NCBI GenBank assembly: GCA_031580925.1
Contig: JAVLCB010000002.1
Span: forward strand, 12,710-76,709
Direction of reading: 5' to 3'
Length of the DNA stretch: 64,000 nt
Origin: Wenzhouxiangella sp.
GTDB taxonomy: Bacteria > Pseudomonadota > Gammaproteobacteria > Xanthomonadales > Wenzhouxiangellaceae
The translations under genes and the position numbers were made by a program. The notes below the pieces were generated by a model. It was not told the DNA's origin, made no database searches, and saw nothing but the letters and a program-made list of their open reading frames with translations. Positions 1 through 9,110 of the stretch are shown here, piece after piece (the stretch's first letter is position 1; each line of letters opens with the position of its first letter).

Positions 1-323
1 ATCCACTGGAAGTGATCCATGTTTTTTGAGTTGATGAAGATCTCAAAAGGCCGGCGCTGCTCGTGCTCGGTGCCGGCATTCAACACAATGTCGTTGATGG
101 TCACATACAGCGCATGGTCATCCAAAGGCGTTCTGATTTTGTAGGTGGCCCCCTCCAAACACTCCATGCCCTCGGGACGCTCGAGCTTTTCGTGCATCCG
201 GATGATTTCGGCTTTTTGAGGCGCCGGCTCAGCGTTGCTCTGAGCGACAGCCGAACCCGCATCAGCGTTTTTGTCTTCCCCAACGTGATAGTTGACGATT
301 TTTTTATCGATTTTAATGGCCAT
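1..323 (-). CDS. nrdJb: Class II ribonucleotide reductase second subunit NrdJb (TSCPD-domain protein), 3' end truncated by window edge; not in ORF track
   Basis: Manual translation from ATG at 323: MAIKIDKKIVNYHVGEDK...HEKLERPEGMECLEGATYKIRTPLDDHALYVTINDIVLNAGTEHEQRRPFEIFINSKNMDHFQW. Starts 20 nt after the nrdJa stop, with GGAG upstream. Resembles Pseudomonas-type NrdJb. Confidence 0.85.
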   Translation of the reverse strand, partial: MAIKIDKKIVNYHVGEDKNADAGSAVAQSNAEPAPQKAEIIRMHEKLERPEGMECLEGATYKIRTPLDDHALYVTINDIVLNAGTEHEQRRPFEIFINSKNMDHFQW

Positions 324-343
324 GCTGTGATCTCCAGAGTCTT

Positions 344-2488
344 TTAAAACTTACCGTAGTAGCCTTCTTTCAGGGCGTCGAACAAATTGGCGGCGGTGTG
401 CATCTCACCATCGTATTCGACTTCTTCATGCCCTTTGAGCTCGACCGTTGACCCATCCTCAAGCTCGAACCGGTAAGTGGTTGACTCCAGGTCTTTGTCT
501 GTGACCAAAACCCCTTGAAAGGCTTCGGGGTTGAACCTAAACGTGGTACAGCCTTTGAGCCCCTGCTCCCAGGCAAACATGTAAATGTCTTTAAAGTCCT
601 CATACGGGTAATCCGTGGGGACGTTGGCGGTTTTTGAAATCGATGAATCAATCCATTTTTGCGCCGCCGCCTGGACCGACACATGCTCTTTCGGTGTGAT
701 GCTCTCTGCCGTCATGAAATACTCAGGCAGCTGCTCGTCGGCCTCTTCTGAATACGGCATCGCCTTTGGATTGACGAGGGTTCGATAGGCCAACAGCTCG
801 TATGAAAACACGCTGACTTTCTCTTTGGACTTGCGGCCTTCACGAATCACATTGCGGTTGTAGTGGTGGGCAAAGCTCGGCTCAATGCCATTGGAGGCGT
901 TGTTGGCCAAAGACAATGAAATGGTGCCCGTCGGCGCAATCGAGGTGTGGTGGGAAAAGCGCGCACCCACCTCGGCCAGACGATCCACCAACTCAGGCGA
1001 GACCTCAGCCACTTTTTGCATGTACCGGCTGTAGCGCGCGTGCAAGACTTTGCCCGTGACCTTATCGCCAATTTTGTACCCGTCATCTTTCATCTCTGGG
1101 CGCTGTCTGAGCATTTGTGCGGTGACTTCAAACTCATCGGCCATGATCGGTGCGGGGCCTTTCTCTTCGGCCAGCTCCAACGCCGCCTCCCAGCCTGTGA
1201 CCGCCATCTCTTGGGCCACACGCTCAGTAAAGCCCAACGAGTCGGGCTGCCCGTAGCGCATGCCCATCATTGTCATGGCAGAGCCCAAGCCCAAAAAGCC
1301 CATGCCGTGGCGGCGCTTGTATTCAATTTCTTCGCGCTGGCGACCCAACGGCAGGCCATTGACTTCGACCACGTTGTCGAGCATCCGGGTGAAGATTTTG
1401 ACCGTTTTTTGGTACTCATCCCAATTGAACTGAGCGTTTTCGGTGAATGGGTTGTCAACAAAGCGCGTCAAGTTCACCGAGCCCAGCAAGCACGCCCCAT
1501 ACGGCGGCAAGGGTTGCTCACCGCAGGGGTTGGTCGCCCGAATGTTTTCACACCACCAGTTGTTGTTTTGTTCATTGATCCGATCGACCAACACAAAGCC
1601 AGGCTCCGCGAAGTCATACGTCGAGGTCATGATCATGTTCCACAAGCGCTTGGCGGGCACGGTCGAATAGATCTTGCACGCCACCAGCCCTTCTTCGTTG
1701 CTGACGTAGCCTTGTGTGGTGGGCCACTCGCGCCACAGGACTTGTTTGGGGTCATGGACATCGATTTCGTTGGCTTCTTTTTCGAGCACGGGGAAGACCA
1801 AAGGCCAATCGGTGTCGTCTTGGACGGCCTGCACAAAATCATCGGTGATCAACAACGAGCAGTTGAATTGGCGAAGCACCCCATTTTCGCGCTTGGCTCG
1901 AATGAACTCCATCACATCCGGGTGGGAGACATCAAAAGTGGCCATCTGCGCCCCTCGACGCCCACCGGCCGATGAGACGGTAAAACACATCCGGTCATAG
2001 ATGTCCATAAACGACAGCGGCCCGGAGGTGTACGCCCCTGCCCCAGAGACATAGGCCCCTTTTGGGCGCAGTGTGGAGAACTCATACCCAATCCCACAAC
2101 CGGCTTTCAGCGTCAGCCCCGCCTCGTGGACCTTGTCCAGAATATCGTTCATGGAGTCTTCGATGGTGCCCGAGACCGTGCAGTTGATCGTCGAGGTGGC
2201 CGGTTTGTGCGCCTGCGCCCCCGCATTGGAGGTGATGCGGCCGGCCGGGATCGCCCCGCGTCTGAGCGCCCACAAAAACTCTTTGTACCACTGCTCCCGA
2301 AGTGCTGGGGTGGCTTCGACTTCAGACAAGGCCTTGGCGACACGCTGGTAGGTGGCATCAATGTCTTGATCGATGATCTCAGCGGTTTTGGATTTCAGGC
2401 GGTACTTTTTGTCCCAAATATCCAGTGACGCTTCTTGGAAATCAATCTCTGGAAGCGCTGCTGACAAGGCCTCTGCTGAAACACTCAT
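344..2488 (-). CDS. nrdJa: Adenosylcobalamin-dependent (class II) ribonucleotide reductase, catalytic subunit NrdJa
   Basis: 714 aa; motifs TINCTV, RATNPCGEQPLPPYGACLLGS and SIAPTGTIS; no ATP cone; ends EGYYGKF. Confidence 0.95.
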   Translation of the reverse strand: MSVSAEALSAALPEIDFQEASLDIWDKKYRLKSKTAEIIDQDIDATYQRVAKALSEVEATPALREQWYKEFLWALRRGAIPAGRITSNAGAQAHKPATSTINCTVSGTIEDSMNDILDKVHEAGLTLKAGCGIGYEFSTLRPKGAYVSGAGAYTSGPLSFMDIYDRMCFTVSSAGGRRGAQMATFDVSHPDVMEFIRAKRENGVLRQFNCSLLITDDFVQAVQDDTDWPLVFPVLEKEANEIDVHDPKQVLWREWPTTQGYVSNEEGLVACKIYSTVPAKRLWNMIMTSTYDFAEPGFVLVDRINEQNNNWWCENIRATNPCGEQPLPPYGACLLGSVNLTRFVDNPFTENAQFNWDEYQKTVKIFTRMLDNVVEVNGLPLGRQREEIEYKRRHGMGFLGLGSAMTMMGMRYGQPDSLGFTERVAQEMAVTGWEAALELAEEKGPAPIMADEFEVTAQMLRQRPEMKDDGYKIGDKVTGKVLHARYSRYMQKVAEVSPELVDRLAEVGARFSHHTSIAPTGTISLSLANNASNGIEPSFAHHYNRNVIREGRKSKEKVSVFSYELLAYRTLVNPKAMPYSEEADEQLPEYFMTAESITPKEHVSVQAAAQKWIDSSISKTANVPTDYPYEDFKDIYMFAWEQGLKGCTTFRFNPEAFQGVLVTDKDLESTTYRFELEDGSTVELKGHEEVEYDGEMHTAANLFDALKEGYYGKF

Positions 2489-2523
2489 GCCCTAACCTCT
2501 TGATTATGCTGTTTCGACGATGG

Positions 2524-2532
2524 TTATCCACA
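2524..2532 (+). promoter_or_regulatory. DnaA box (perfect TTATCCACA); second one-mismatch box TCATCCACA at 2547-2555
   Basis: Exact consensus match 36 bp upstream of the nrdJa start; DnaA control of nrd promoters is known in E. coli. Confidence 0.6.
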
Positions 2533-2550
2533 GGTTGTCCATGCGTTCAT

Positions 2551-2598
2551 CCACAACCTGTTGTGCGTATTTGCTTGGGGCAACACAATATCTTGTGC
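2551..2598. promoter_or_regulatory. Tandem NrdR boxes upstream of nrdJa
   Basis: ACACAATATCTTGTGC (2583-2598) closely matches the NrdR consensus acaCwAtATaTwGtg; CCACAACCTGTTGTGC (2551-2566) is a weaker palindromic copy; 32 bp start-to-start spacing is typical. Confidence 0.8.
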
Positions 2599-2668
2599 TA
2601 CACGGCTACTCTACTGTCATCGATGTGAAGAATCAAGTCGGGCGACTGATCTTTTCAGTGAAATAATT

Positions 2669-3676
2669 CTATTCGGGCTTTTGATCGCGCTCCAGGAGCA
2701 CTTGGACCCCCTTGGCAGGGCTCCAGCCGCGGTGAATGATGCCAAACACCTGCTCGGTGATCGGCATCTCCACGCCGCAGCGCTCGGCCAGGCGCATCGC
2801 CTCTTCGGCGGTATTGACGCCTTCGACCACCTGGCCAATCTCGGCGAGCGCCTCGTCGACGCCTCTGCCCTCACCCACCATCAGCCCAAACCGGCGGTTG
2901 CGGGACAGATCACCGGTGCAGGTGAGCACCAAATCGCCGACACCGGCCAAGCCAATCAAGGTTTTGGTCTGCGCCCCCAACGCATCACCCAGTCGGATCA
3001 TTTCTGCCAAGCCCCGGGTGATCAGGGCCGCGCGCGTGTTCAACCCCAGGCCCAAGCCATCGGCCAAGCCACACGCCACGGCGATGACGTTTTTTAACGC
3101 GCCCCCCAACTCCGCACCAATCAAATCGTCGGTGTAGTACGCACGGAACGCCTCGCCGTGGAGCAAGCTGGCCCACAGCGCCCCAAACTCGGCGTCATTG
3201 GCAGCCACGGTCACCGCTGTGGGCAGCCCCCGAGCAACCTCGTGGGCAAACGACGGCCCACTGATCAACGCCATCGGCCGGCCCTCACCCGCCACCGATT
3301 GGGCGACCTCGTGCAAGAACCGCCCGGTGTTGGGCTCGAAGCCTTTACACGCCCAAGCCAAGCCCACGGTGGCCGGCAACATGGGCACAATCTGTTCTAA
3401 AGTCGGGCGAAAGGCATGACTCGGGGTTGCCACCAACACCTGCTCGGCCGAGGCCAGCGCCGCGTCGAGGTCTGCGGTGGCCTCAATGCCCTCGGGAAGG
3501 CCGATATCCGGCAAGTAGCGCGCGTTGCAGCGGGCCTGCTGGATGGCTTCGGCGTGCGCTTGCGAGCGCACCCACAGGGCCACCCGATGACCCCGCCTGG
3601 CCAGTTGCAAAGCCAGCGCCGTCCCCCAAGCCCCGCCGCCCAGCACCGCCAGTGACGAATGGCCCGCCTGCGGCAT
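2669..3676 (-). CDS. gpsA: NAD(P)H-dependent glycerol-3-phosphate dehydrogenase
   Basis: GGGAWGTALA, SGPSFAHEV, GGALKNVIA, GDLVLTCTGDLSRNR; follows secB with a TAATG overlap. Confidence 0.97.
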   Translation of the reverse strand: MPQAGHSSLAVLGGGAWGTALALQLARRGHRVALWVRSQAHAEAIQQARCNARYLPDIGLPEGIEATADLDAALASAEQVLVATPSHAFRPTLEQIVPMLPATVGLAWACKGFEPNTGRFLHEVAQSVAGEGRPMALISGPSFAHEVARGLPTAVTVAANDAEFGALWASLLHGEAFRAYYTDDLIGAELGGALKNVIAVACGLADGLGLGLNTRAALITRGLAEMIRLGDALGAQTKTLIGLAGVGDLVLTCTGDLSRNRRFGLMVGEGRGVDEALAEIGQVVEGVNTAEEAMRLAERCGVEMPITEQVFGIIHRGWSPAKGVQVLLERDQKPE

Positions 3677-4179
3677 TATTGGCTGGGTTGGTCGGTCTGT
3701 TCGGCCTGCGCTTGGGATTCTGCCAAACGCTGACGAAAGACAGTCTCGAAGTTGATCGGCTGCATCGGCGGCATCATGAACCCACCGGCGGTCACCAGAT
3801 CAGCGATTTTCGCGCGGTTGTAGGGGTAGAGCACATTGGGGCACAGCACGTTGATCGCATACGGCATCTGCTCGTCGGTGAAGTTTTGGAACTGAAACAA
3901 GCCACCGTACTGAATCTCGCAGACAAAGACCGTCTTTTCGCCTTCTTTGGCGGTGACGGTCACCGTCAAAATCACCTCCCAACGGCCATCGCCCATGTCG
4001 GTGGTGCGCTGCGCGAGGTTGAGGTTGACATCCGGTTGCCCCGACGACTGGTCGAGCTCGTGGGGCGACTTGGCTTCAAATGAGGCATCTTTCAAGAAAA
4101 TGTGCTGTAGCGACATTTGGGGCGCGGCTTCTGCGCCGTTGGCGGTCCCTGCTGCTGCGTTGTTTTTTTCTTCAGTCAT
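3676..4179 (-). CDS. secB: Protein-export chaperone SecB
   Basis: FLKDASFE, CPNVLYPY, GGFMMPPMQPINFE; secB-gpsA synteny. Confidence 0.95.
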   Translation of the reverse strand: MTEEKNNAAAGTANGAEAAPQMSLQHIFLKDASFEAKSPHELDQSSGQPDVNLNLAQRTTDMGDGRWEVILTVTVTAKEGEKTVFVCEIQYGGLFQFQNFTDEQMPYAINVLCPNVLYPYNRAKIADLVTAGGFMMPPMQPINFETVFRQRLAESQAQAEQTDQPSQ

Positions 4180-4212
4180 TTCTCAATACTTCCATATAGA
4201 TGATTGATAATC

Positions 4213-4683
4213 TTAGCTTTTGTCTTTCTTTTTCTCGTTCTTCTTTGATTTGGACTTGCCGTGGCTGACCGGCTGCTTGTCGCTCTCCCACTGGGCCAGA
4301 CCGCCGGTGAGCATCTTGACGTTCTCAAACCCCAGCTTGGTGAGCTTGGTGGCCATCTGCGCCGACACCTGGCCGCTTCGACAGTACACCAACACCGGTC
4401 GGTCCAACTCTTTTAACAGCGGCTGATTGCCGCTGGCCAGTCGCGATGGCGGCATGTGAATCGCCCCTGTGATGTGGCTTTTGGCAAAGTCGGTGCTGTT
4501 GGAGACATCCAAGATCAACGGATCGTGTTGGTTGATAAACTGCACAGCCGCCAACGTGTCCAGCTCTTGCCACTTGCGCGTCAACCGAGACACCTCCCAG
4601 GCCAGCCACGCCACCAGCACGGCCACAAACAGGCCACTCAACAGCAGGTTGTCGGCCAGAAATTCAAACAGCTGATCCATCAC
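4213..4683 (-). CDS. Rhodanese-like domain membrane protein (YibN-like); start may be 4680
   Basis: N-terminal TM helix, ILDV...F...HITGAIH, VYCRSGQVS active-site loop; canonical position upstream of secB. Confidence 0.88.
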   Translation of the reverse strand: MMDQLFEFLADNLLLSGLFVAVLVAWLAWEVSRLTRKWQELDTLAAVQFINQHDPLILDVSNSTDFAKSHITGAIHMPPSRLASGNQPLLKELDRPVLVYCRSGQVSAQMATKLTKLGFENVKMLTGGLAQWESDKQPVSHGKSKSKKNEKKKDKS

Positions 4684-4808
4684 TTTGGCCTCAATGCCTC
4701 CAAGTCAATCCCACCATTATCGTTCATCTCAAACCTTGATGCCAGCACATCGGTCACCACCACGGTGTCTGTGAGATAATTAAAGCCTCTTGACTGAGGA
4801 CCCCACGC

Positions 4809-6347
4809 ATGTCCACACCGAAACCTGTTGTGTTGCTGATTCTCGATGGGTGGGGACAACGCGAGCCCACGCCCGACAACGCGATCAGCCATGCCCACAC
4901 CCCCCGTTGGGATGCCTTGGTCGAAGGCCGACCCGTGTGCCAACTGACCACCCACGGCCTGGCCGTGGGTTTGCCCGAGGGGCAGATGGGCAACTCAGAA
5001 GTCGGTCACATGAACATCGGTGCAGGTCGGGTGGTCTATCAAGACTTCACCCGCATCAGCCAAGCCATCAATGATGGCTCGTTCAAGGCCAACGACGCCT
5101 TGTTGGCGGCCATCGACCATGCCCAAGCGACCCAGACCACCCTGCACGTGTTTGGCCTGCTCTCGCCTGGGGGCGTGCACAGCCATGAAGACCACTTATT
5201 CGCCACGATCGATCTGGCCTTGCAGCACGCCGTGCCTGCCATCGCACTCCATGTGTTCACCGACGGGCGCGATGTCGCACCGCGCTCGGCGTTGGCCTCC
5301 CTGGACCGACTGCAACCTTGGTTGGCCAACGACCGCGTGTCACTGGCGAGCGTGTCGGGGCGCTACTTCGCGATGGACCGCGATCGGCGCTATGACCGCA
5401 CCGAGCTTGCCTGGCGGGCGATGGCCTTGGCCGAGGCCAACCACCACGCCGACAGCGGGCAAGCCGCGGTGGAGATGGCCTATGCCCGCGGTGAGGATGA
5501 TGAGTTTATCCAACCCACCGTGATTGGTGATGGGGCGCCATTCACCGGGCGCGAGGCGGGGGTGTTCGTTAACTTCAGATCCGACCGAGCAAGGCAGTTG
5601 GCGCACGCCTTAAACGATGAGCGGTTTGACGATTTTAAGCGCGATACCAACATCCACTTGGCGACATTGGTCACCATGACCGCCTACGCCGAAGACTTGG
5701 ATTGCGCGGTGGCGTTTGAGCCCCAAAGGTTGGCGCATGGGCTGGGCGAGACGGTGGCGCGCGCTGGGTTGACTCAATTGCGCATCGCCGAGACCGAAAA
5801 GTACGCGCATGTCACCTACTTTTTTAATGGTGGCGACGAGACCGTGTTTGCTGGCGAGTCACGCCAACTGATTCCCTCCCCGAAAGTCGCCACCTACGAC
5901 TTGCAACCTCAAATGAGCGCCCCTGAGCTGGCCGAGGCGCTCGATCAGGCCATCACCGGCCAACACCACGATTTGGTCGTGGCGAATGTCGCCAACCCCG
6001 ACATGGTCGGCCACACCGGCGATCTCAATGCCGCCATTGCCGCGGTCGAAGCCGTCGACCGAGTCATCGGCGTCGTCGTCGACGCCTTGGATCGAGTCGG
6101 TGGCGAGGTGATCATCACCGCCGACCACGGCAACGCCGAACAAATGTCAGACCCGGTGACCGGCGGCGCCCACACCGCCCACACCACCAACACGGTGCCG
6201 TTGATCTACGTCGGCCCCCGCGCTTGGTCTTTGCACCGCACCGGCAGCCTTCGAGACATCGCCCCCACGCTGCTGGCGTTGCTCGGTCTTGATGTGCCCG
6301 ATGAGATGACCGGCCAGTCGTTGCTTGATCCATCCAACGCCGCCTAA
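4809..6347 (+). CDS. gpmI: 2,3-bisphosphoglycerate-independent phosphoglycerate mutase
   Basis: LLILDGWG, GQMGNSEVGH, AETEKYAHVTYFFNGG, NPDMVGHTG, TADHGNAE. Confidence 0.98.
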   Translation: MSTPKPVVLLILDGWGQREPTPDNAISHAHTPRWDALVEGRPVCQLTTHGLAVGLPEGQMGNSEVGHMNIGAGRVVYQDFTRISQAINDGSFKANDALLAAIDHAQATQTTLHVFGLLSPGGVHSHEDHLFATIDLALQHAVPAIALHVFTDGRDVAPRSALASLDRLQPWLANDRVSLASVSGRYFAMDRDRRYDRTELAWRAMALAEANHHADSGQAAVEMAYARGEDDEFIQPTVIGDGAPFTGREAGVFVNFRSDRARQLAHALNDERFDDFKRDTNIHLATLVTMTAYAEDLDCAVAFEPQRLAHGLGETVARAGLTQLRIAETEKYAHVTYFFNGGDETVFAGESRQLIPSPKVATYDLQPQMSAPELAEALDQAITGQHHDLVVANVANPDMVGHTGDLNAAIAAVEAVDRVIGVVVDALDRVGGEVIITADHGNAEQMSDPVTGGAHTAHTTNTVPLIYVGPRAWSLHRTGSLRDIAPTLLALLGLDVPDEMTGQSLLDPSNAA

Positions 6348-6354
6348 ACAGACC

Positions 6355-7545
6355 ATGCGCGCCGCCATCGTTTCTGGCTTGGTCACTGCCTTGGTCACTG
6401 GCTTGCTGGCGTCACTGGTGCTGATGCTCGCCAACGGGCACGTGTTGGCCAACCCCACCGAAGAACAACTCAACGCGCTTCGCCAAGACATGGCCAAACT
6501 GCAATCGCGTTTGGATGAGGAGTTGGCCGCGCGCGATGACGCTTTGGCTGCGCTGGCCGAGACCCAACAGACCATCAACAAAACACAAAACACCATCGAC
6601 CAAGCCGCCCAACAACAAAAGAATTTAGAACAGCGGCTGGACGCGCTGTATGCCCGCCAACAAGACCTCAATGCTCAATCCCAACGAGCGTTGCAGGCCT
6701 TGACCGAGCTGTTGATCAAAGGCTATCCGGTGTCCAAGCAAAGCACACTCAAAGCGCTGTTGAATCAGACCCGCCCTGGACAGGCGGCGCGGTTGATGGC
6801 CTATCACCGAATCTTAAGCGCACAGACCATGAGTCGGCTCGGCCAAATCACCGACCAGATTGCGGCCGCCGTCACCGCCCAGCAAGAGATCGATGCCCAA
6901 CTGGACGCTTTGGCGCAATTGGAGCGCGAGCAAACCGAACGCATGGCCCAGATGGCCGAACTGCGACGCCAGCGCCAAGCTGATTTGGAGCAACTCAACG
7001 CGCGCATCGTGTCAGACACCGAACGCTTGGAGGCGCTGCGAGCCGATGAACAACGCTTGGCTGAGGTGCTGACCGAAGCCAGCGAGGCGTTGCCACCGGA
7101 TCTGTGGGATGACGAGGTGCCCCCGGTCACCGAGCTCAAGGGCCAACTGCCCATGCCGGTGGCCGGCACCTTGGTCAAACGCTTTGGGCAACGACGCCAA
7201 AACCAAGCGCGGTGGCGAGGCTGGCTGATCGAGACGGCCGAACAAGCGCCCGTCCATGCCATTGCCCCGGGGCGGGTGGTCTACGCCGACTGGTTGCGCG
7301 GCTACGGGCTGTTGATCATTGTCGACCACCAGCAAGAGCTTTTGAGTCTCTACGCCCACAACGATCGCTTGTTTTTTGAAGTCGGCGACTGGGTGCGCAT
7401 GGGCGAGCGCTTGGGCGTGGCCAGCGCCCCTGGGCGCGACCCACTGCCCGACCACGCTGGGATTTATTTTGAGCTCCGCCACCAAGGCCAGCCCACCGAC
7501 CCCAGCACTTGGCTCAACGCCAGCCGCCGACCCTCAAGCCCCTAA
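6355..7545 (+). CDS. envC: Murein hydrolase activator EnvC (coiled coil plus degenerate M23 domain)
   Basis: Hydrophobic N-terminus, long coiled coil, C-terminal GRVVYADWLRGYGLLIIVDH...YAHN...YFELR lacking the zinc ligands; follows gpmI. Start chosen at ATG 6355 (ORF track 6325). Confidence 0.88.
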   Translation: MRAAIVSGLVTALVTGLLASLVLMLANGHVLANPTEEQLNALRQDMAKLQSRLDEELAARDDALAALAETQQTINKTQNTIDQAAQQQKNLEQRLDALYARQQDLNAQSQRALQALTELLIKGYPVSKQSTLKALLNQTRPGQAARLMAYHRILSAQTMSRLGQITDQIAAAVTAQQEIDAQLDALAQLEREQTERMAQMAELRRQRQADLEQLNARIVSDTERLEALRADEQRLAEVLTEASEALPPDLWDDEVPPVTELKGQLPMPVAGTLVKRFGQRRQNQARWRGWLIETAEQAPVHAIAPGRVVYADWLRGYGLLIIVDHQQELLSLYAHNDRLFFEVGDWVRMGERLGVASAPGRDPLPDHAGIYFELRHQGQPTDPSTWLNASRRPSSP

Positions 7546-9110
7546 CTCGCGGGGTAGACGTAACCCGCCTGCAGCCCCAACGGCAGGCCCAGCACCCAAA
7601 ACAGCATCAGGGTCACGGTCCACACCGCAAACAACACCACCGAGTAAGGCAACATCAAAGAGATCAACGTGCCAATCCCCGCCCCGGTGACGTAGCGCTT
7701 ACAAAACACCACCACCAAAGGAAAATACGGCAACAACGGGGTGATGATGTTTGACGATGAATCCCCAACACGATACGCCGCTTGGGTCAGCTCGGGCGAG
7801 ATGCCCAGCTGCATCAGCATCGGCACAAAGATCGGCGCGATGATCAGCCACTTGGCTGATGCCGAGCCCACAAAAATATTGACAAAGACGGTCAAAAACA
7901 AAATACCAATGATGGTCAACTGAGCGGGCAACGCCATGGCCTCTAAGAGGCTTGCGCCATTCATGGCCAACAACAACCCAATATTGGATTGACCAAAGGC
8001 GGCAATAAACTGTGCGGCGAAAAATGCCATAACGATGTAGTAGCCCATCGACGACATCGACTTGGACATGCCCTCAATCACATCCCGGTGGGATTCGATT
8101 GTTTTGGCCGCGTAGCCATAGACAATCCCTGGCACCATAAAAAAGATCAAAATAAACGGCACAATCGAGAGCATCATCGGCGAGCTGAACGAGCCCAGCT
8201 GGCCTTGCTCATCGCGAAGCGGCGATGACTCTGGCAGCGCCACGGCGACCAACAAACCCGCCAGCACCACAATCGTCAACCCCGCCCAACGCAACGCCGA
8301 CAGCTCGCCGGTTTGCAACGGCTCCATGGTCGGCAGATCCGAGGTGTCGGCATCGATGGGCGTTTCTTTTTGTAAGCGCGGCTCAATGACCCGATCGGTG
8401 AGCCACCAAGAGGCCGCCACCACCACCAGGCAAGACGCCGACATGAAAAACCAGTTGGACAATGGGTTGACCATCAGCCCCGGTTCAATCACCTGCGCCG
8501 CCTCTTGGGTAATGGCCGCGAGCATGGGATCCAACGCCGAGGGGATAAAGTTGGCCGAAAACCCACCCGACACACCGGCAAAGGCTGCGGCCACACCCGC
8601 CAGCGGGTGACGCCCAGCCGCATAAAACATCACCGCCCCCAATGGGATCACGACCACATACCCCGCATCCACCGCGGTGGAACTCACAACCCCCACAAAC
8701 GTCACCAACGGCGCCAAAAACACCGTCGAACTTTGCCCCATGATCTTGACCGACAGCGTCTTTCTTAAGGCGGCATTGATAAAGCCGGTGTGCTCGGCCA
8801 CGCCCACGCCCAGCATCGCCACCAGCACCACACCCAAGGGGGCAAACAAAACAAACGTGCGGACCATGTTGGATAGAAAATCAGCCATCTGCCCACCGGA
8901 GAGTTGGTTGATGATCTGGATGGGGTCACCGGTTTGTGGGTGAATCGCACCGAACTCGATGCCTGAGAGCAGCCACGACAGCCCCCAGGTGACGATCAGC
9001 AAAATAAAAAACAGCACGGCCGGATCCGGCAGGCGGTTGCCCACCCGCTCAATGGCATTGAGCGCGCGCTCTAAAAATGTCGTGTTGGTGCTCAACGTCG
9101 GTGCACTCAT
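7542..9110 (-). CDS. abgT: AbgT family transporter (p-aminobenzoyl-glutamate uptake / MtrF-YdaH-type)
   Basis: ERVGNRLPDPAVLF, GVGVAEHTG, AGRHPLAG, GSASAKW, AYRVGDSSSNIITPLLPY. Confidence 0.92.
   Translation of the reverse strand: MSAPTLSTNTTFLERALNAIERVGNRLPDPAVLFFILLIVTWGLSWLLSGIEFGAIHPQTGDPIQIINQLSGGQMADFLSNMVRTFVLFAPLGVVLVAMLGVGVAEHTGFINAALRKTLSVKIMGQSSTVFLAPLVTFVGVVSSTAVDAGYVVVIPLGAVMFYAAGRHPLAGVAAAFAGVSGGFSANFIPSALDPMLAAITQEAAQVIEPGLMVNPLSNWFFMSASCLVVVAASWWLTDRVIEPRLQKETPIDADTSDLPTMEPLQTGELSALRWAGLTIVVLAGLLVAVALPESSPLRDEQGQLGSFSSPMMLSIVPFILIFFMVPGIVYGYAAKTIESHRDVIEGMSKSMSSMGYYIVMAFFAAQFIAAFGQSNIGLLLAMNGASLLEAMALPAQLTIIGILFLTVFVNIFVGSASAKWLIIAPIFVPMLMQLGISPELTQAAYRVGDSSSNIITPLLPYFPLVVVFCKRYVTGAGIGTLISLMLPYSVVLFAVWTVTLMLFWVLGLPLGLQAGYVYPAS

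Noticed and set aside
947-1975. Long antisense or alternate-frame ORFs (e.g. 947-1975, 15658-16734, 18758-19729, 23686-24573, 51349-52455)
   Set aside because: They shadow well-supported genes, have no recognisable motifs and are expected from codon bias in a GC-rich genome.
344-2488. Intein or intron in nrdJa
   Set aside because: Normal length and contiguous motifs; no splicing or endonuclease signature.
4680-4955. 91-aa minus-strand ORF upstream of the rhodanese gene
   Set aside because: Overlaps gpmI by about 150 nt on the opposite strand; no motif; not glutaredoxin-like.
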